From Desulfatiglandales bacterium (GTDB lineage Bacteria; Desulfobacterota; DSM-4660; Desulfatiglandales; Desulfatiglandaceae): 64,000 nt of DNA. Made by a program: the position numbers and the translations under genes. Numbering within the stretch: position 1 is the stretch's first letter; the number at the start of each line of letters is the position of its first letter. The notes under the pieces were generated by a model that saw only the letters and a list, made by a program, of their open reading frames with translations, was not told the DNA's origin and searched no databases. Below, piece by piece: positions 31,073-40,741 of the stretch. The DNA is taken from assembly GCA_963662465.1 (NCBI GenBank), contig OY759599.1, positions 3,168,001 to 3,232,000 of the forward strand, read 5' to 3'.

Positions 31073-31871
31073 TTATCCATCATTATCGAGCGGACTTCTA
31101 ATCTCTTTTGTCGGCATGCTTTTGATGACGTGCGTATAAATCATCGTTGTCCGAACATCGCTATACCCCAAGAGGTCTTGGATCGTTCGGATATCGTAGT
31201 TGGCCTGCAACAGATGGGTCGCAAAACTGTGGCTCTTCAATATCTTGGGAGAGTACTGCCGAACCATGATCTCATCACGGAGGCCATCAAAGGCGAATTT
31301 CCAGCTTGTGCCGATTTCAACCGGTTGATCCGATGTTTGCCGTTTATTGCAAACAGTTTTGTCAAAAAATCCGGAAGGTTTTCGATCCGCCTCTTGACAG
31401 GTAGTTTTTGATATCGTCTCCGGCGAATTTTTGGTCCCGAAACCCTGACAACCCGTCCGAGAGAGCGGGACGTCCACAGGCCCGGCTTGAACAGCATTTG
31501 AACGTTTCTCGGCGGGCACGACAAAAAACAGTTGTATCGTTATATGGAAAGATCTCGGCCTTTTTGACGGAAGTATTCTTTCGAATTGTCACATGTTCGG
31601 CAATCGAGGGCCTTTCTTTGACGATTTCGTAATACAAAGAAACGGCATCCAAAGCTTGTTCGATTTGATAATCTTTCTGTTTTTTCTGATGGCGTTTTTC
31701 AATAAAATGGCTGAGGTTTTCATGTTTTGAGACCGGATGATGATATTTTTGGCAAAAATCCCAGTAAAATCGAAGCCATTTTTTGTAATATGCCTGAAAT
31801 CGCTTTTGAACGGGTTTCCGATCCAGAAAATCCTGAAAACGCGCTATGATGTCTGGCGGAACTGGAATCAT
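31073..31871 (-). pseudogene. intI: integron integrase pseudogene (frameshift plus large internal deletion)
   Basis: N-terminal YKKWLRFYWDFC domain, then in another frame [14 protein letters not shown] fused directly to [35 protein letters not shown]...SPLD; divergent from an attC array. Confidence 0.85.
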
Positions 31872-32373
31872 GACATGTTCTCCTATTGGACGTTCAATAT
31901 TACAAATACGCATATTATACGGACTGCATACATCATACCATTTATCTTTGTCAATAATAATTTCATGCCGGCTTTCAACCGGCAAATCATAATGAACCTC
32001 AGAGAAAAAGCCGGACATTAACAATTCTCATTTTGGAATTACAACCTCCTCATCCTGGTTCACACGCTCTATGTTGGAACCCGCCTCTGGAAGATCTGTG
32101 TTCAAAATCATGAATATACCCAATTTAAACCAGTGTTTTTCAAGTTTTCCGCAGGACGCGGAGCATCCCAAAACTATTCCCACATTAGAACGTATAAATG
32201 AGAGCGAAAGCCAAGTCCCTAATGAGAATCGCTAATTAAATATTTCGCAGAAAATAAAAACATTGCCCTTGCATTTTTCCATCGAATAATTTACAGAATA
32301 TAGATTTCAGGGGGAGATTGGTTCGATTTTGTCGGATAACATGCGGAAACGGATATTTGATGACAAAAAAAAC

Positions 32374-32393
32374 CGTATAATCACTGGTTCGCG
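32374..32393 (+). other. putative attI site
   Basis: cgtataatcactg-GTTCGCG; the core GTTCGCG (32387-93) is the exact complement of the inverse core CGCGAAC of the first attC. Confidence 0.6.
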
Positions 32394-32465
32394 TGCGACG
32401 TTGACCCCAAACCCCACTGCTCGCAGCACCTTCATTGTCCCACGCCTGGTCCGGCAAGGTGGTGC

Positions 32466-32610
32466 ATGTGTGCATGTGGTTGATGGCGATACCATCGATG
32501 TTGAAAAAGACGGCAGGCAGGTCAGAGTCCGTCTTTACGGCATTGATACCCCTGAAAGCAAACAATGGTACGGTCAGAACGCTACGGCCTTCACATCGGC
32601 CCAGGTAATT
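32466..32610 (+). pseudogene. thermonuclease (SNase-like) fragment
   Basis: VVDGDTIDV...VRLYGIDTPESKQ.YG, truncated on both sides. Confidence 0.7.
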
Positions 32611-32713
32611 GACCGACGTCACAACCGGGTTTGTGAGGGGATGAAAGTTGCAATGAAGATTCTTTAACAACGTCTCTGCATTACTAAGGGCTATTTAGGA
32701 TTAGGGGCTTGGT

Positions 32714-33241
32714 ATGAGAAAAAAGGGAGGAAGAAAAGGCCATTGGCAACAAATACAGAGTGGCGAGTATCCCGAAACAAAAACTGATTATGGCGACTCA
32801 AGCGCTCTAAACTGGAGACCTGAGAATGATAAACCCCTCCCTGATGAGAAGGGACGAGCAGAGTCAACTTATTCTAAGCTAAAGAGAAAATCTTTATCCC
32901 AAAGGGTTGTTAAGAACAAACCTCTGCCACCACCTAAAAAACGGGATTTTTCTTCTCTGGAAAAGACCGAAAATAAAAACAAAAGGCGATACAACAGAAA
33001 AAAGACGTGGTCTACCAAAAGTTTATATTTCCAAAGCGCCCCTTCCACGGAGAAAGAAAAAAATGATTTTTATACAGATCGTGGACCACGGCGAGAGGCT
33101 TCTGCAATTAGCGTGTATAAGAGTACGGCCAAAACAAAAATATACCCGACATTTAAGGAAGCAAGCGAATACGCAAAAGAAAATCCCGGATTCAAATTAT
33201 CACGCACGAATAGCGGGTTATGGAAGGTGGTAGGCTACTAA
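32714..33241 (+). CDS. basic hypothetical cassette protein
   Basis: 175-aa ORF in cassette 1. Confidence 0.6.
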   Translation: MRKKGGRKGHWQQIQSGEYPETKTDYGDSSALNWRPENDKPLPDEKGRAESTYSKLKRKSLSQRVVKNKPLPPPKKRDFSSLEKTENKNKRRYNRKKTWSTKSLYFQSAPSTEKEKNDFYTDRGPRREASAISVYKSTAKTKIYPTFKEASEYAKENPGFKLSRTNSGLWKVVGY

Positions 33242-33503
33242 TTAGCGTGGGGAGTTGGGGTCGGATCACAAAAATACTTATGAATACAGCGGCTTGAGTC
33301 ATAAAGAATGGTGTTTTTGACTCCTAGAAGCGCATTTTGGCCCCCAAAAACATGCTTTTAAGGAATCATAGTATCGAAGCAGTCGGGCGTACACTTGTGG
33401 CGTACAGGAGATGACTGGCGCAGGCCACTCCCCTCTCCGGTTTATAACACGATTTTGGCGTGAAATGATGAGTCCGGTAACTACGCAAGCAACACATTGG
33501 AGT

Positions 33504-33589
33504 CGCGAACCAAGCGCTGCACCAGACGCCTGATACTTGGGTAGTTCCAGCGGGGGCCTGTGCAGGCGCTGGTGAGCTAAACGTTCGCA
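33504..33589 (+). repeat. attC site 1 (resident attC family)
   Basis: CGCGAAC-caagc-gctgcacc...ggtgagc-taaac-GTTCGCA. Confidence 0.9.
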
Positions 33590-33661
33590 AAAAATCGACC
33601 TTTTCCCAAAGATCTGGATTAGGGGATAGAGTGCTGTCAACTTGCGGAGGGGAACTGGAAG

Positions 33662-35812
33662 ATGAAAAAGTCACGTTTCGTATCCTATCTTGTTGTTATC
33701 CAACTCATTTTTTTCATTTCGGGCTGTAAATGGACTATTCTGAGTGTAAACGGGCCGAAATGCGCCAGTACTGGAGAAACTGTCACAATCTATGTTGAAG
33801 GGACGAGTGAGAGCGAAGAGAATTCACCTACCCAATACGGTTTGATCCTCCAGATACCTGATAGTTGGCTTGTTTTGTCGGCAACCGCTGAAGTTTCTGG
33901 GGGTTCTTATAATCTGACGGAAAATGCGGAATATGCATCGCTCTATACTGCTGAATCCGGACAAAAGGTCTGGGTGGGAACTGCGACACAAACTTCCAAT
34001 GTTACTACAAACGGAATCGCAACGGTCGTGCTTATGATTGGTGATACTAGTGGACAGGTGAAAGTCGCTGCTGGCTCTTATCGAAACGGGGCTTGGACAA
34101 CCGATGACCCTGCCGGTCAATTTGATTTTGCAAATATAACTGAACAAAAATATATTCATTCAATTTCGACCGCCGACACCTGTATTCCGGCTTCACCTCC
34201 AACGCCAACATCAGTTAACCCTGCTTCAGGTTTCACCGACGCTGTTACGGAAATAACTGTTTATGGTTCCAACTTCCTCAAGGGCGGCGTCGCTGGGGTT
34301 ACGATCGGTGGCAATTGGATTTCATATACTAGTATTGCTTACGCTGCGGATGGGAGCTGGCTCCGTTTCAACGCCCCTGAACATTCAGCAGGAACTGTTG
34401 ATATCACGGTCCGTAATCCTGACAGTCAGGAAGGAACACTGGCAGACGGCTATACCTATATAGTTGACCCTTCTGCTCCCACCATAACTTCTATAGACCC
34501 GGTGTCAGGCCCAAGTGACGGTGGGACAACAGTTACGATCAAGGGTTCAAATTTTGACAATAATATCTATGTCTCAGTTTGCTCTTTTTCCGGGGTTGAT
34601 GTTTCCGATGATGGCACTTCCCTTACTTGCGTAACGGGTTCACACCCGGCCGGTGTCGTGGACGTTATGGTTCAGAACCCCGATTATCAAAGCGCTACAC
34701 TTGAAGACGCTTTCACTTATTATAATGTCTCACCTGCTCCCACCATAACTTCTATAGACCCGGTGTCAGGCCCAAGTGACGGTGGGACAACAGTTACGAT
34801 CAAGGGTTCAAATTTTGACAATAATATCTATGTCTCAGTTTGCTCTTTTTCCGGGGTTGATGTTTCCGATGATGGCACTTCCCTTACTTGCGTGACGGGT
34901 TCACACCCGGCCGGTGTCGTGGACGTTATGGTTCAGAACCCCGATTATCAAAGCGCTATACTTGGAGACGCTTTCACTTATTATAATGTCTCACCTGCTC
35001 CCACCATAACTTCTATAGACCCGGTGTCAGGCCCAAGTGACGGTGGGACAACAGTTACGATCAAGGGTTCAAATTTTGACAATAATATCTATGTCTCAGT
35101 TTGCTCTTTTTCCGGGGTTGATGTTTCCGATGATGGCACTTCCCTTACTTGCGTGACGGGTTCACACCCGGCCGGTGTCGTGGACGTTATGGTTCAGAAC
35201 CCCGATTATCAAAGCGCTATACTTGGAGACGCTTTCACTTATTATAATGTCTCACCTGCTCCCACCATAACTTCTATAGACCCGGTGTCAGGCCCAAGTG
35301 ACGGTGGGACAACAGTTACGATCAAGGGTTCAAATTTTGACAATAATATCTATGTCTCAGTTTGCTCTTTTTCCGGGGTTGATGTTTCCGATGATGGCAC
35401 TTCCCTTACTTGCGTGACGGGTTCACACCCGGCCGGTGTCGTGGACGTTATGGTTCAGAACCCCGATTATCAAAGCGCTACACTTGGAGACGCTTTCACT
35501 TATTATAACACTCCTTCGGTAATCTATATAAATGCTGAAGACTCTACCTGTTCAGGTAACAGCCCATGCTTCACTTCAATACAAGAGGGCATAGAAGCCG
35601 CAAAAAGTGAGACCCTCATTAAGGTGACTGCAGGCTATTATAATGAATCGCCATATCTCAATGAGACCAAAGTTTTGACTATCCAAGGTGGTTGGAATAC
35701 ATCTTATGTAATCCAGACTCCCGGTTCGACCGTGATCAGGATACCGAGCCAAACGTCTATTAAAGCGAACAAAGGGTCTCTCAAATTTGAAAACTTGAGC
35801 ATGAGGCCCTAA
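33662..35812 (+). CDS. IPT/TIG-repeat surface lipoprotein (cassette)
   Basis: lipobox ISGC; five IPT domains (P.ITSIDP.SG...GGT.VTI.GSNF). Confidence 0.85.
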   Translation: MKKSRFVSYLVVIQLIFFISGCKWTILSVNGPKCASTGETVTIYVEGTSESEENSPTQYGLILQIPDSWLVLSATAEVSGGSYNLTENAEYASLYTAESGQKVWVGTATQTSNVTTNGIATVVLMIGDTSGQVKVAAGSYRNGAWTTDDPAGQFDFANITEQKYIHSISTADTCIPASPPTPTSVNPASGFTDAVTEITVYGSNFLKGGVAGVTIGGNWISYTSIAYAADGSWLRFNAPEHSAGTVDITVRNPDSQEGTLADGYTYIVDPSAPTITSIDPVSGPSDGGTTVTIKGSNFDNNIYVSVCSFSGVDVSDDGTSLTCVTGSHPAGVVDVMVQNPDYQSATLEDAFTYYNVSPAPTITSIDPVSGPSDGGTTVTIKGSNFDNNIYVSVCSFSGVDVSDDGTSLTCVTGSHPAGVVDVMVQNPDYQSAILGDAFTYYNVSPAPTITSIDPVSGPSDGGTTVTIKGSNFDNNIYVSVCSFSGVDVSDDGTSLTCVTGSHPAGVVDVMVQNPDYQSAILGDAFTYYNVSPAPTITSIDPVSGPSDGGTTVTIKGSNFDNNIYVSVCSFSGVDVSDDGTSLTCVTGSHPAGVVDVMVQNPDYQSATLGDAFTYYNTPSVIYINAEDSTCSGNSPCFTSIQEGIEAAKSETLIKVTAGYYNESPYLNETKVLTIQGGWNTSYVIQTPGSTVIRIPSQTSIKANKGSLKFENLSMRP
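34473..35508 (+). repeat. 4 x 261-bp near-identical intragenic tandem repeat
   Basis: units start at 34473, 34734, 34995 and 35256 (87 aa each). Confidence 0.95.
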
Positions 35813-35865
35813 TATGGATTTATGCGCAATTCTTAAATGATGTGTTTCTATCAAAATCTCAGAAT

Positions 35866-35952
35866 CGCGAACCAAACGCTTCACCGGACCCCTGGACGCG
35901 GCGGGGTAAATGGGACGTCCGGTGCAGGGGGCCGGTGAGCTTGTCGTTGGAC
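35866..35952 (+). repeat. attC site 2
   Basis: CGCGAAC-caaac-gcttcacc...ggtgagc-ttgtc-GTTGGAC. Confidence 0.9.
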
Positions 35953-36009
35953 AGACCCGCTGGACAGCGGGGGATACCTAAACAAAACAATTGTTTAAGT
36001 CAAATATCC

Positions 36010-37185
36010 ATGGGTGTGACCATTCAGTCAATTTTTCTTATGGGGTACGCTCTGTATGACCAGGCGCACCTTTTACCGGCGCATATTCGTGAGGCGGCCC
36101 ACTGTATCATGAGCTGCCGCACCGCCGCGCTGGGTGGGCATGTACAGGCCTGCCCGGATGGGCATTTTCAGCGGGTGTGGTATAATTCATGTAAACACCG
36201 CATGTGTCCTCTTTGCGCCTTTACCCAGGTGCAACGCTGGCTTTTGCAGCAAAAGTCCAGGCTGCTGAATACCCCTCATTTTCACGTGGTCTTCACCATT
36301 AGTGATGAACTGCATGATTTGTGGCGGTTGAACGTCAGACTCATGGGCAATATTCTGTTTAAGAGCGCCACCGAGACGCTTACGGAACTTCTTGGGGATC
36401 CGAAATACTTGGGCGCCAAAGTGGGGATCATTGCCTCTCTGCATACATGGACCCGCAAACTGGCGCTTCACCCGCACTTACACTGTCTGGTGACCGCCGG
36501 GGGACTGTCCCGGGGGCAATGGGTGGCTTCATCAAAAAAGTTCCTGCTGCCTTTCGGCATCGTCAGAGCCGTTTTCAGAGGCAAGTATCTTTATTACCTG
36601 AAAACGGCTCTTTCCCGCCGGGAACTGCTACTGCCCGAAGGCATGGGCCCCCAGCAGGCCCTGAACCTTATAAACAAGCTTGGCCGACGCAAAAAATGGA
36701 ATGTCAAGCTCAAGGAGACCTACTCCTATGGAGAAGGCGTACTGACGTACCTGGCGCGCTACCTTAGAGGCGGGCCCATATCAAACAAACGCATAGACCG
36801 CATCGAGGACGGAAAGGTGTTTTTCAACCATGGCCGAAAGAAACGCCGACTTACGTCACTGCCCATTCAAACCTTTATCGGGCTCTATCTTCAGCACGTA
36901 CCGCCGCCGCATACCATTATGGTCCGTTCATACGGACTTTATCACCACAGCGCGAAAGACGAACTCATGACGTGCCGGGAAACCCTTGGGCAGCCGCCGG
37001 TACAAATCCCGGAATTCCAGGATTGGCAGACGCTCTGGCAGGATCGAAGCGACGAGCACCCGGATCGCTGTCCGGTTTGCGGAAAACAACTGATCACTTT
37101 GGAAAAACTGCCGCCTGTAGCACAATCGGAAATGCCTTTAACCCAGAACGAAGACTCAGGGGAAATCTATGATCTTGCGGCATAA
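36010..37185 (+). CDS. IS91-family (Y2 HUH) transposase
   Basis: CRTAALGG...C..H....NSCKHRMCPLC zinc domain, HVVFT, LHTW...HPHLH, YLARY, VRSYG, C-terminal CPVCG. Confidence 0.92.
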   Translation: MGVTIQSIFLMGYALYDQAHLLPAHIREAAHCIMSCRTAALGGHVQACPDGHFQRVWYNSCKHRMCPLCAFTQVQRWLLQQKSRLLNTPHFHVVFTISDELHDLWRLNVRLMGNILFKSATETLTELLGDPKYLGAKVGIIASLHTWTRKLALHPHLHCLVTAGGLSRGQWVASSKKFLLPFGIVRAVFRGKYLYYLKTALSRRELLLPEGMGPQQALNLINKLGRRKKWNVKLKETYSYGEGVLTYLARYLRGGPISNKRIDRIEDGKVFFNHGRKKRRLTSLPIQTFIGLYLQHVPPPHTIMVRSYGLYHHSAKDELMTCRETLGQPPVQIPEFQDWQTLWQDRSDEHPDRCPVCGKQLITLEKLPPVAQSEMPLTQNEDSGEIYDLAA

Positions 37186-37441
37186 ACAAATCCTTGGTCA
37201 GTCGATGTTTTTCCGGGTGGACAGGTCTATATACCGATGCTGCAAACCCGCATCACGAAACGATTTTGAGCCATTGAACAGGATGAAGCGCTCTAAAAAA
37301 GGAATTCTTTTTATTTTAATGGCGAAAACGATTGACCCCAAACGGATCTGGGCCGCTTTTACGGGCCGCAAACCCTGTACAATCTCCATAGGCCAGGCTA
37401 TCGTGCATATGGCTACCTGAGGGGGAATTACCCGCGGGTCT

Positions 37442-37570
37442 GTCCAACCAGGCGTTGAACCGGCAAACTGGTCTTTAGAGGTAAATTGAACTGATTCCTT
37501 CATATAATCTCAGTACCCGGGTTTCGATTCTGTGCGCGCAACCCGTTTGCCGGTTAACTAAACGTTGGCG
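37442..37570 (+). repeat. attC site 3
   Basis: GTCCAAC-caggc-gttgaaccggcaaac...gtttgccggttaac-taaac-GTTGGCG. Confidence 0.88.
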
Positions 37571-38490
37571 TGCCAATATCGGCAAATGCCTTTGAATACA
37601 TATTTTTTACTTCTGGGGTTACAGTGACAAACGAATCAAAGAGAATTACGAATTTTCGAATGTGGATAACCAAAGTAGTGCCAAGGTTTCCAAACAACAA
37701 ATCGACTTTGGCTTTATTCAAAGAAAAACACTTGATTGACATGCTCATAATTTATTTGAACTGGCGTGTCCGCTTCGTCGCTCCTCGCCAAAGAACAGTT
37801 CTTATTGAAAAATCTGCTATTAATGCCCCCAGATGGATTACACTCTCAGCAAGAATTGACGCCTTTTTAGAAAAAGTCCAAAATGGCGATGACTTGACAC
37901 CTTATCTTTCTAGAAAAGCCATTTCTAAAGGTTTTTTTCCGATAGCAGAAAAACCTGATTCTGACACAGACCATTGGGCCGACAAAGACTTTTTGTTAAA
38001 CGTCATGGGCCTCCATCATTTCCACCTGGTCCCTTGTGGTGGGCCTCATGGGCGTGACGCCCACAATGATGTACTCTTTGCCTTTGTTTCACGAGAAAAG
38101 TTTGAGGTAATTGGGATTTTTAATCACAATGTTTTTAAAAGCAGCGACTCCGGTTCTATGGCCGCAGAACGTTCACAGCTTTGGACTATTTACGAAAAGC
38201 GTGAACAAAGAGGTGCTTTTCCAGGGCAACTATTTTTGGGTGGCATGGGAGGGCTTGGTATAACGACGTCCGGACATTCAGTATCTCTTGTTCGTGCTGC
38301 TCAAAGATATTATCAACGAATCCGCGATGTAGAACAACAATTAGACGATCAATCATTTATAAATGAAATGTATTTATCTTCTTTGATTCCTGCCAAACCG
38401 AAACTCCGGTGGAGGCTAAATTTTCTGGATTTAGGAGTGCTTGACGAATCAACTAATACATTCTTCATATATGAGAAGGGACCAAACTAA
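37570..38490 (+). CDS. hypothetical cassette protein with D.LLN..GLHHFHL motif
   Basis: 306-aa low-GC ORF directly after attC3; start uncertain. Confidence 0.75.
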   Translation: MPISANAFEYIFFTSGVTVTNESKRITNFRMWITKVVPRFPNNKSTLALFKEKHLIDMLIIYLNWRVRFVAPRQRTVLIEKSAINAPRWITLSARIDAFLEKVQNGDDLTPYLSRKAISKGFFPIAEKPDSDTDHWADKDFLLNVMGLHHFHLVPCGGPHGRDAHNDVLFAFVSREKFEVIGIFNHNVFKSSDSGSMAAERSQLWTIYEKREQRGAFPGQLFLGGMGGLGITTSGHSVSLVRAAQRYYQRIRDVEQQLDDQSFINEMYLSSLIPAKPKLRWRLNFLDLGVLDESTNTFFIYEKGPN

Positions 38491-38598
38491 ATATCTCCAT
38501 GAGTTATGGCACTACCATTGCGATATATGCATGAATATTTGTAATAATAAAATGTAAAAAATCGACCAAGCACTTTAAAAAAACATCAAGGTACAATT

Positions 38599-39747
38599 AT
38601 GCAATATAGCGAATTCATTCCAAAATTTAGTGAATATAAATCTTTATTGGAAGAGTTAGATGGGATGCAAGTAACGTTAGTTAAGTTACTCGCCCTAGAT
38701 GTTCAGAAAATAGAAAGCAATTTTAATCATCAACAACCCACCAAAAATAAACTATTGGAGAAATACAATTTTCGTGAAAATAGAGCAGATGCTTTTATGA
38801 AAATATACAACTCATCTAATGTTTTTATCACAACCAAATATTTACAATTTGCTGATCGATACGGGCTCCTCGAATCCGTACCTGAACCAACTAATAAGCT
38901 GCTTCATCGATATAAGCTTACAAAAAGGGGGCAATCTTTTACAAACGAAGACTTAATTGTATTTGCTGAAATAGATTTATCTGAAATGCTGCTATTGATG
39001 CTAGATGATATTAAAGAGTCTGAAGAATCTGATGGTTTCAATTTTGATAAATTATACCCACTATTTGACAGCCGTGTTTCTCTTGAATTTGAAGAATCAA
39101 GAGTATCTAATTTGCTTGATCGAGGGTTGATTTCAAAACGATTTGATAATCAAGAGGAAGTTAATTGGTACAGGATATCAAAAAAAGGGAAGAAATATTT
39201 AAAAATGTTTCAAGGATTGTCCGACGGCAAGGACTTGCTGGAAAAAGTTTTTTTGGCAAGGAATGGTATAGAAAAACTGAAGTTGTTTAAGTACCTCTCA
39301 TCGATGGAAGCATACAAATTTGAATATTTCATAAGTAGAATTCTAAAAGAAATGGGATATCAAGATATTACAGTTACAGATAGGGGAGGTGATGGAGGAA
39401 TTGATATAAAGGCCAAGATAAAAGCTGGTACATCAACAATTAATGAGATAATTCAAGTAAAAAGGTGGAATAGTAATATCCAGCGTCCTACAGTCGATCA
39501 ACTGAGAGGGGTACTTTCAGTATCAGAGGCAACTAGGGGGAGCATTTTCACTATAAGTGACTTTAGCAGAGGTTGTTACGAAAGCGTAAGAAATGATAAC
39601 TCAATAAGTCTTATAAATGGAGAACAATTGCTAGGTCTCGTATTTAAATATGGTATTGGTGTAAGATCTAAGAGTTATAATGTATATCGATTTATGCCTA
39701 GTCATATCGATGAGCAGTTGAAAGACATAAAAATACCCAAAAATTAG
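38599..39747 (+). CDS. mrr: Mrr-family (type IV) restriction endonuclease
   Basis: YKFEYFISRILKEMGY, GDGGID, IQVKRW, ISLINGEQL; wHTH-like N-terminus. Confidence 0.88.
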   Translation: MQYSEFIPKFSEYKSLLEELDGMQVTLVKLLALDVQKIESNFNHQQPTKNKLLEKYNFRENRADAFMKIYNSSNVFITTKYLQFADRYGLLESVPEPTNKLLHRYKLTKRGQSFTNEDLIVFAEIDLSEMLLLMLDDIKESEESDGFNFDKLYPLFDSRVSLEFEESRVSNLLDRGLISKRFDNQEEVNWYRISKKGKKYLKMFQGLSDGKDLLEKVFLARNGIEKLKLFKYLSSMEAYKFEYFISRILKEMGYQDITVTDRGGDGGIDIKAKIKAGTSTINEIIQVKRWNSNIQRPTVDQLRGVLSVSEATRGSIFTISDFSRGCYESVRNDNSISLINGEQLLGLVFKYGIGVRSKSYNVYRFMPSHIDEQLKDIKIPKN

Positions 39748-39888
39748 GATAAGAAAAAGATTTTGGGGTTACACTTCTCAAAATCCTCGCCAGCAAAAGG
39801 ACACTACGAGGGATTACCCCAAAAAATTTATCTTAGACACTATATCAAAGCTCCGCCGCTGACATCGATATGACGTAATGGAAATAGT

Positions 39889-40188
39889 ATGCAGGAACCT
39901 TTAGTTTTGGTGACAAGACTTGATGAATTAACTTTATTGGCTGATACAGAAGATTCTCTAGCGCGGGCTTCAATATATTCAGCAGTGAAAACAATTCAAG
40001 CTGAATTTAAGAAGTCTAAAATTTGCAAATTTAATAAGATTATTGAAATATTAGATAATTACTGCTTTTATATCTGTGCATCCATAGGGTACGAATTGAT
40101 TGTCAAAAAGACGAAACATGAGTGTTTGACTATCGCCAAAGCAAAACTTGAAGAACTACGATGTCAGATCAATCAAACTTTCTACTAG
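39889..40188 (+). CDS. hypothetical protein
   Basis: 99-aa low-GC ORF in the same cassette. Confidence 0.55.
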   Translation: MQEPLVLVTRLDELTLLADTEDSLARASIYSAVKTIQAEFKKSKICKFNKIIEILDNYCFYICASIGYELIVKKTKHECLTIAKAKLEELRCQINQTFY

Positions 40189-40335
40189 CGGCCATGGCAG
40201 GGGATTTGCTACAAAGAAACATGAAAGAGCTTTTTGGTCAGACCAATCATAAGGCAAGGAAGTAGGGTGTTATTTATGAGGCAAGGTGGTCGCTATTTAC
40301 CATGAAATTCCGTGCAATTAAAAAGATCTTGATGC

Positions 40336-40421
40336 GGCCAACCAAGCGCTGCACCAGACGCCTGAAAGTTCTGCGTCCCGGCGGGGGCCCGGAGGAGGCG
40401 CTGGTGAGCTTATCGTTGAAC
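40336..40421 (+). repeat. attC site 4 (resident family)
   Basis: GGCCAAC-caagc-gctgcacc...ggtgagc-ttatc-GTTGAAC. Confidence 0.9.
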
Positions 40422-40570
40422 GAAGCTTCGCAAACGGCCAATTTGGTAAAAAGTTTCGTACTAACAAACCAGTTAAGTTGTTGCGGTTATTAGTATTATG
40501 TTGCTAAATCCAAAAAAAACAGCGGAGAGCAATCTCTAATAGCAAGTAGTGTGCCAAAACGACAAACCAT

Positions 40571-40699
40571 GTTCAACCAATGGTTCAAGTCTGATATTTT
40601 TCGTCCCAAAAATTGCATTTGAAATTTTATCGCCATTTTTCACGTTGGGAGGGCGGCAATTTTTGGGCCGAAAAATTACAGCTTAACTCAATGTTGTGG
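40571..40699 (+). repeat. attC site 5
   Basis: GTTCAAC-caatg-gttcaagtctg...cagcttaac-tcaat-GTTGTGG with a long internal inverted repeat. Confidence 0.85.
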
Positions 40700-40741
40700 A
40701 GCGATGAATAATTCCGTTTTGAAAAAAGAGGGAAATAGAAT

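Noticed and set aside
32058..32202. Degenerate REP-like palindromic repeat between intI and attI
   Set aside because: Resembles cccacgctctgcgtgggaac-type repeats but is too decayed and single-copy here to support
35842..36009. N-terminal extension of the IS91 transposase
   Set aside because: It runs through attC2; the likely start is 36010 or 36016
40302..40493. 63-aa ORF (also 33299-33674 and 52759-53412 ORFs)
   Set aside because: These span attC or intron RNA sequence and are most likely spurious
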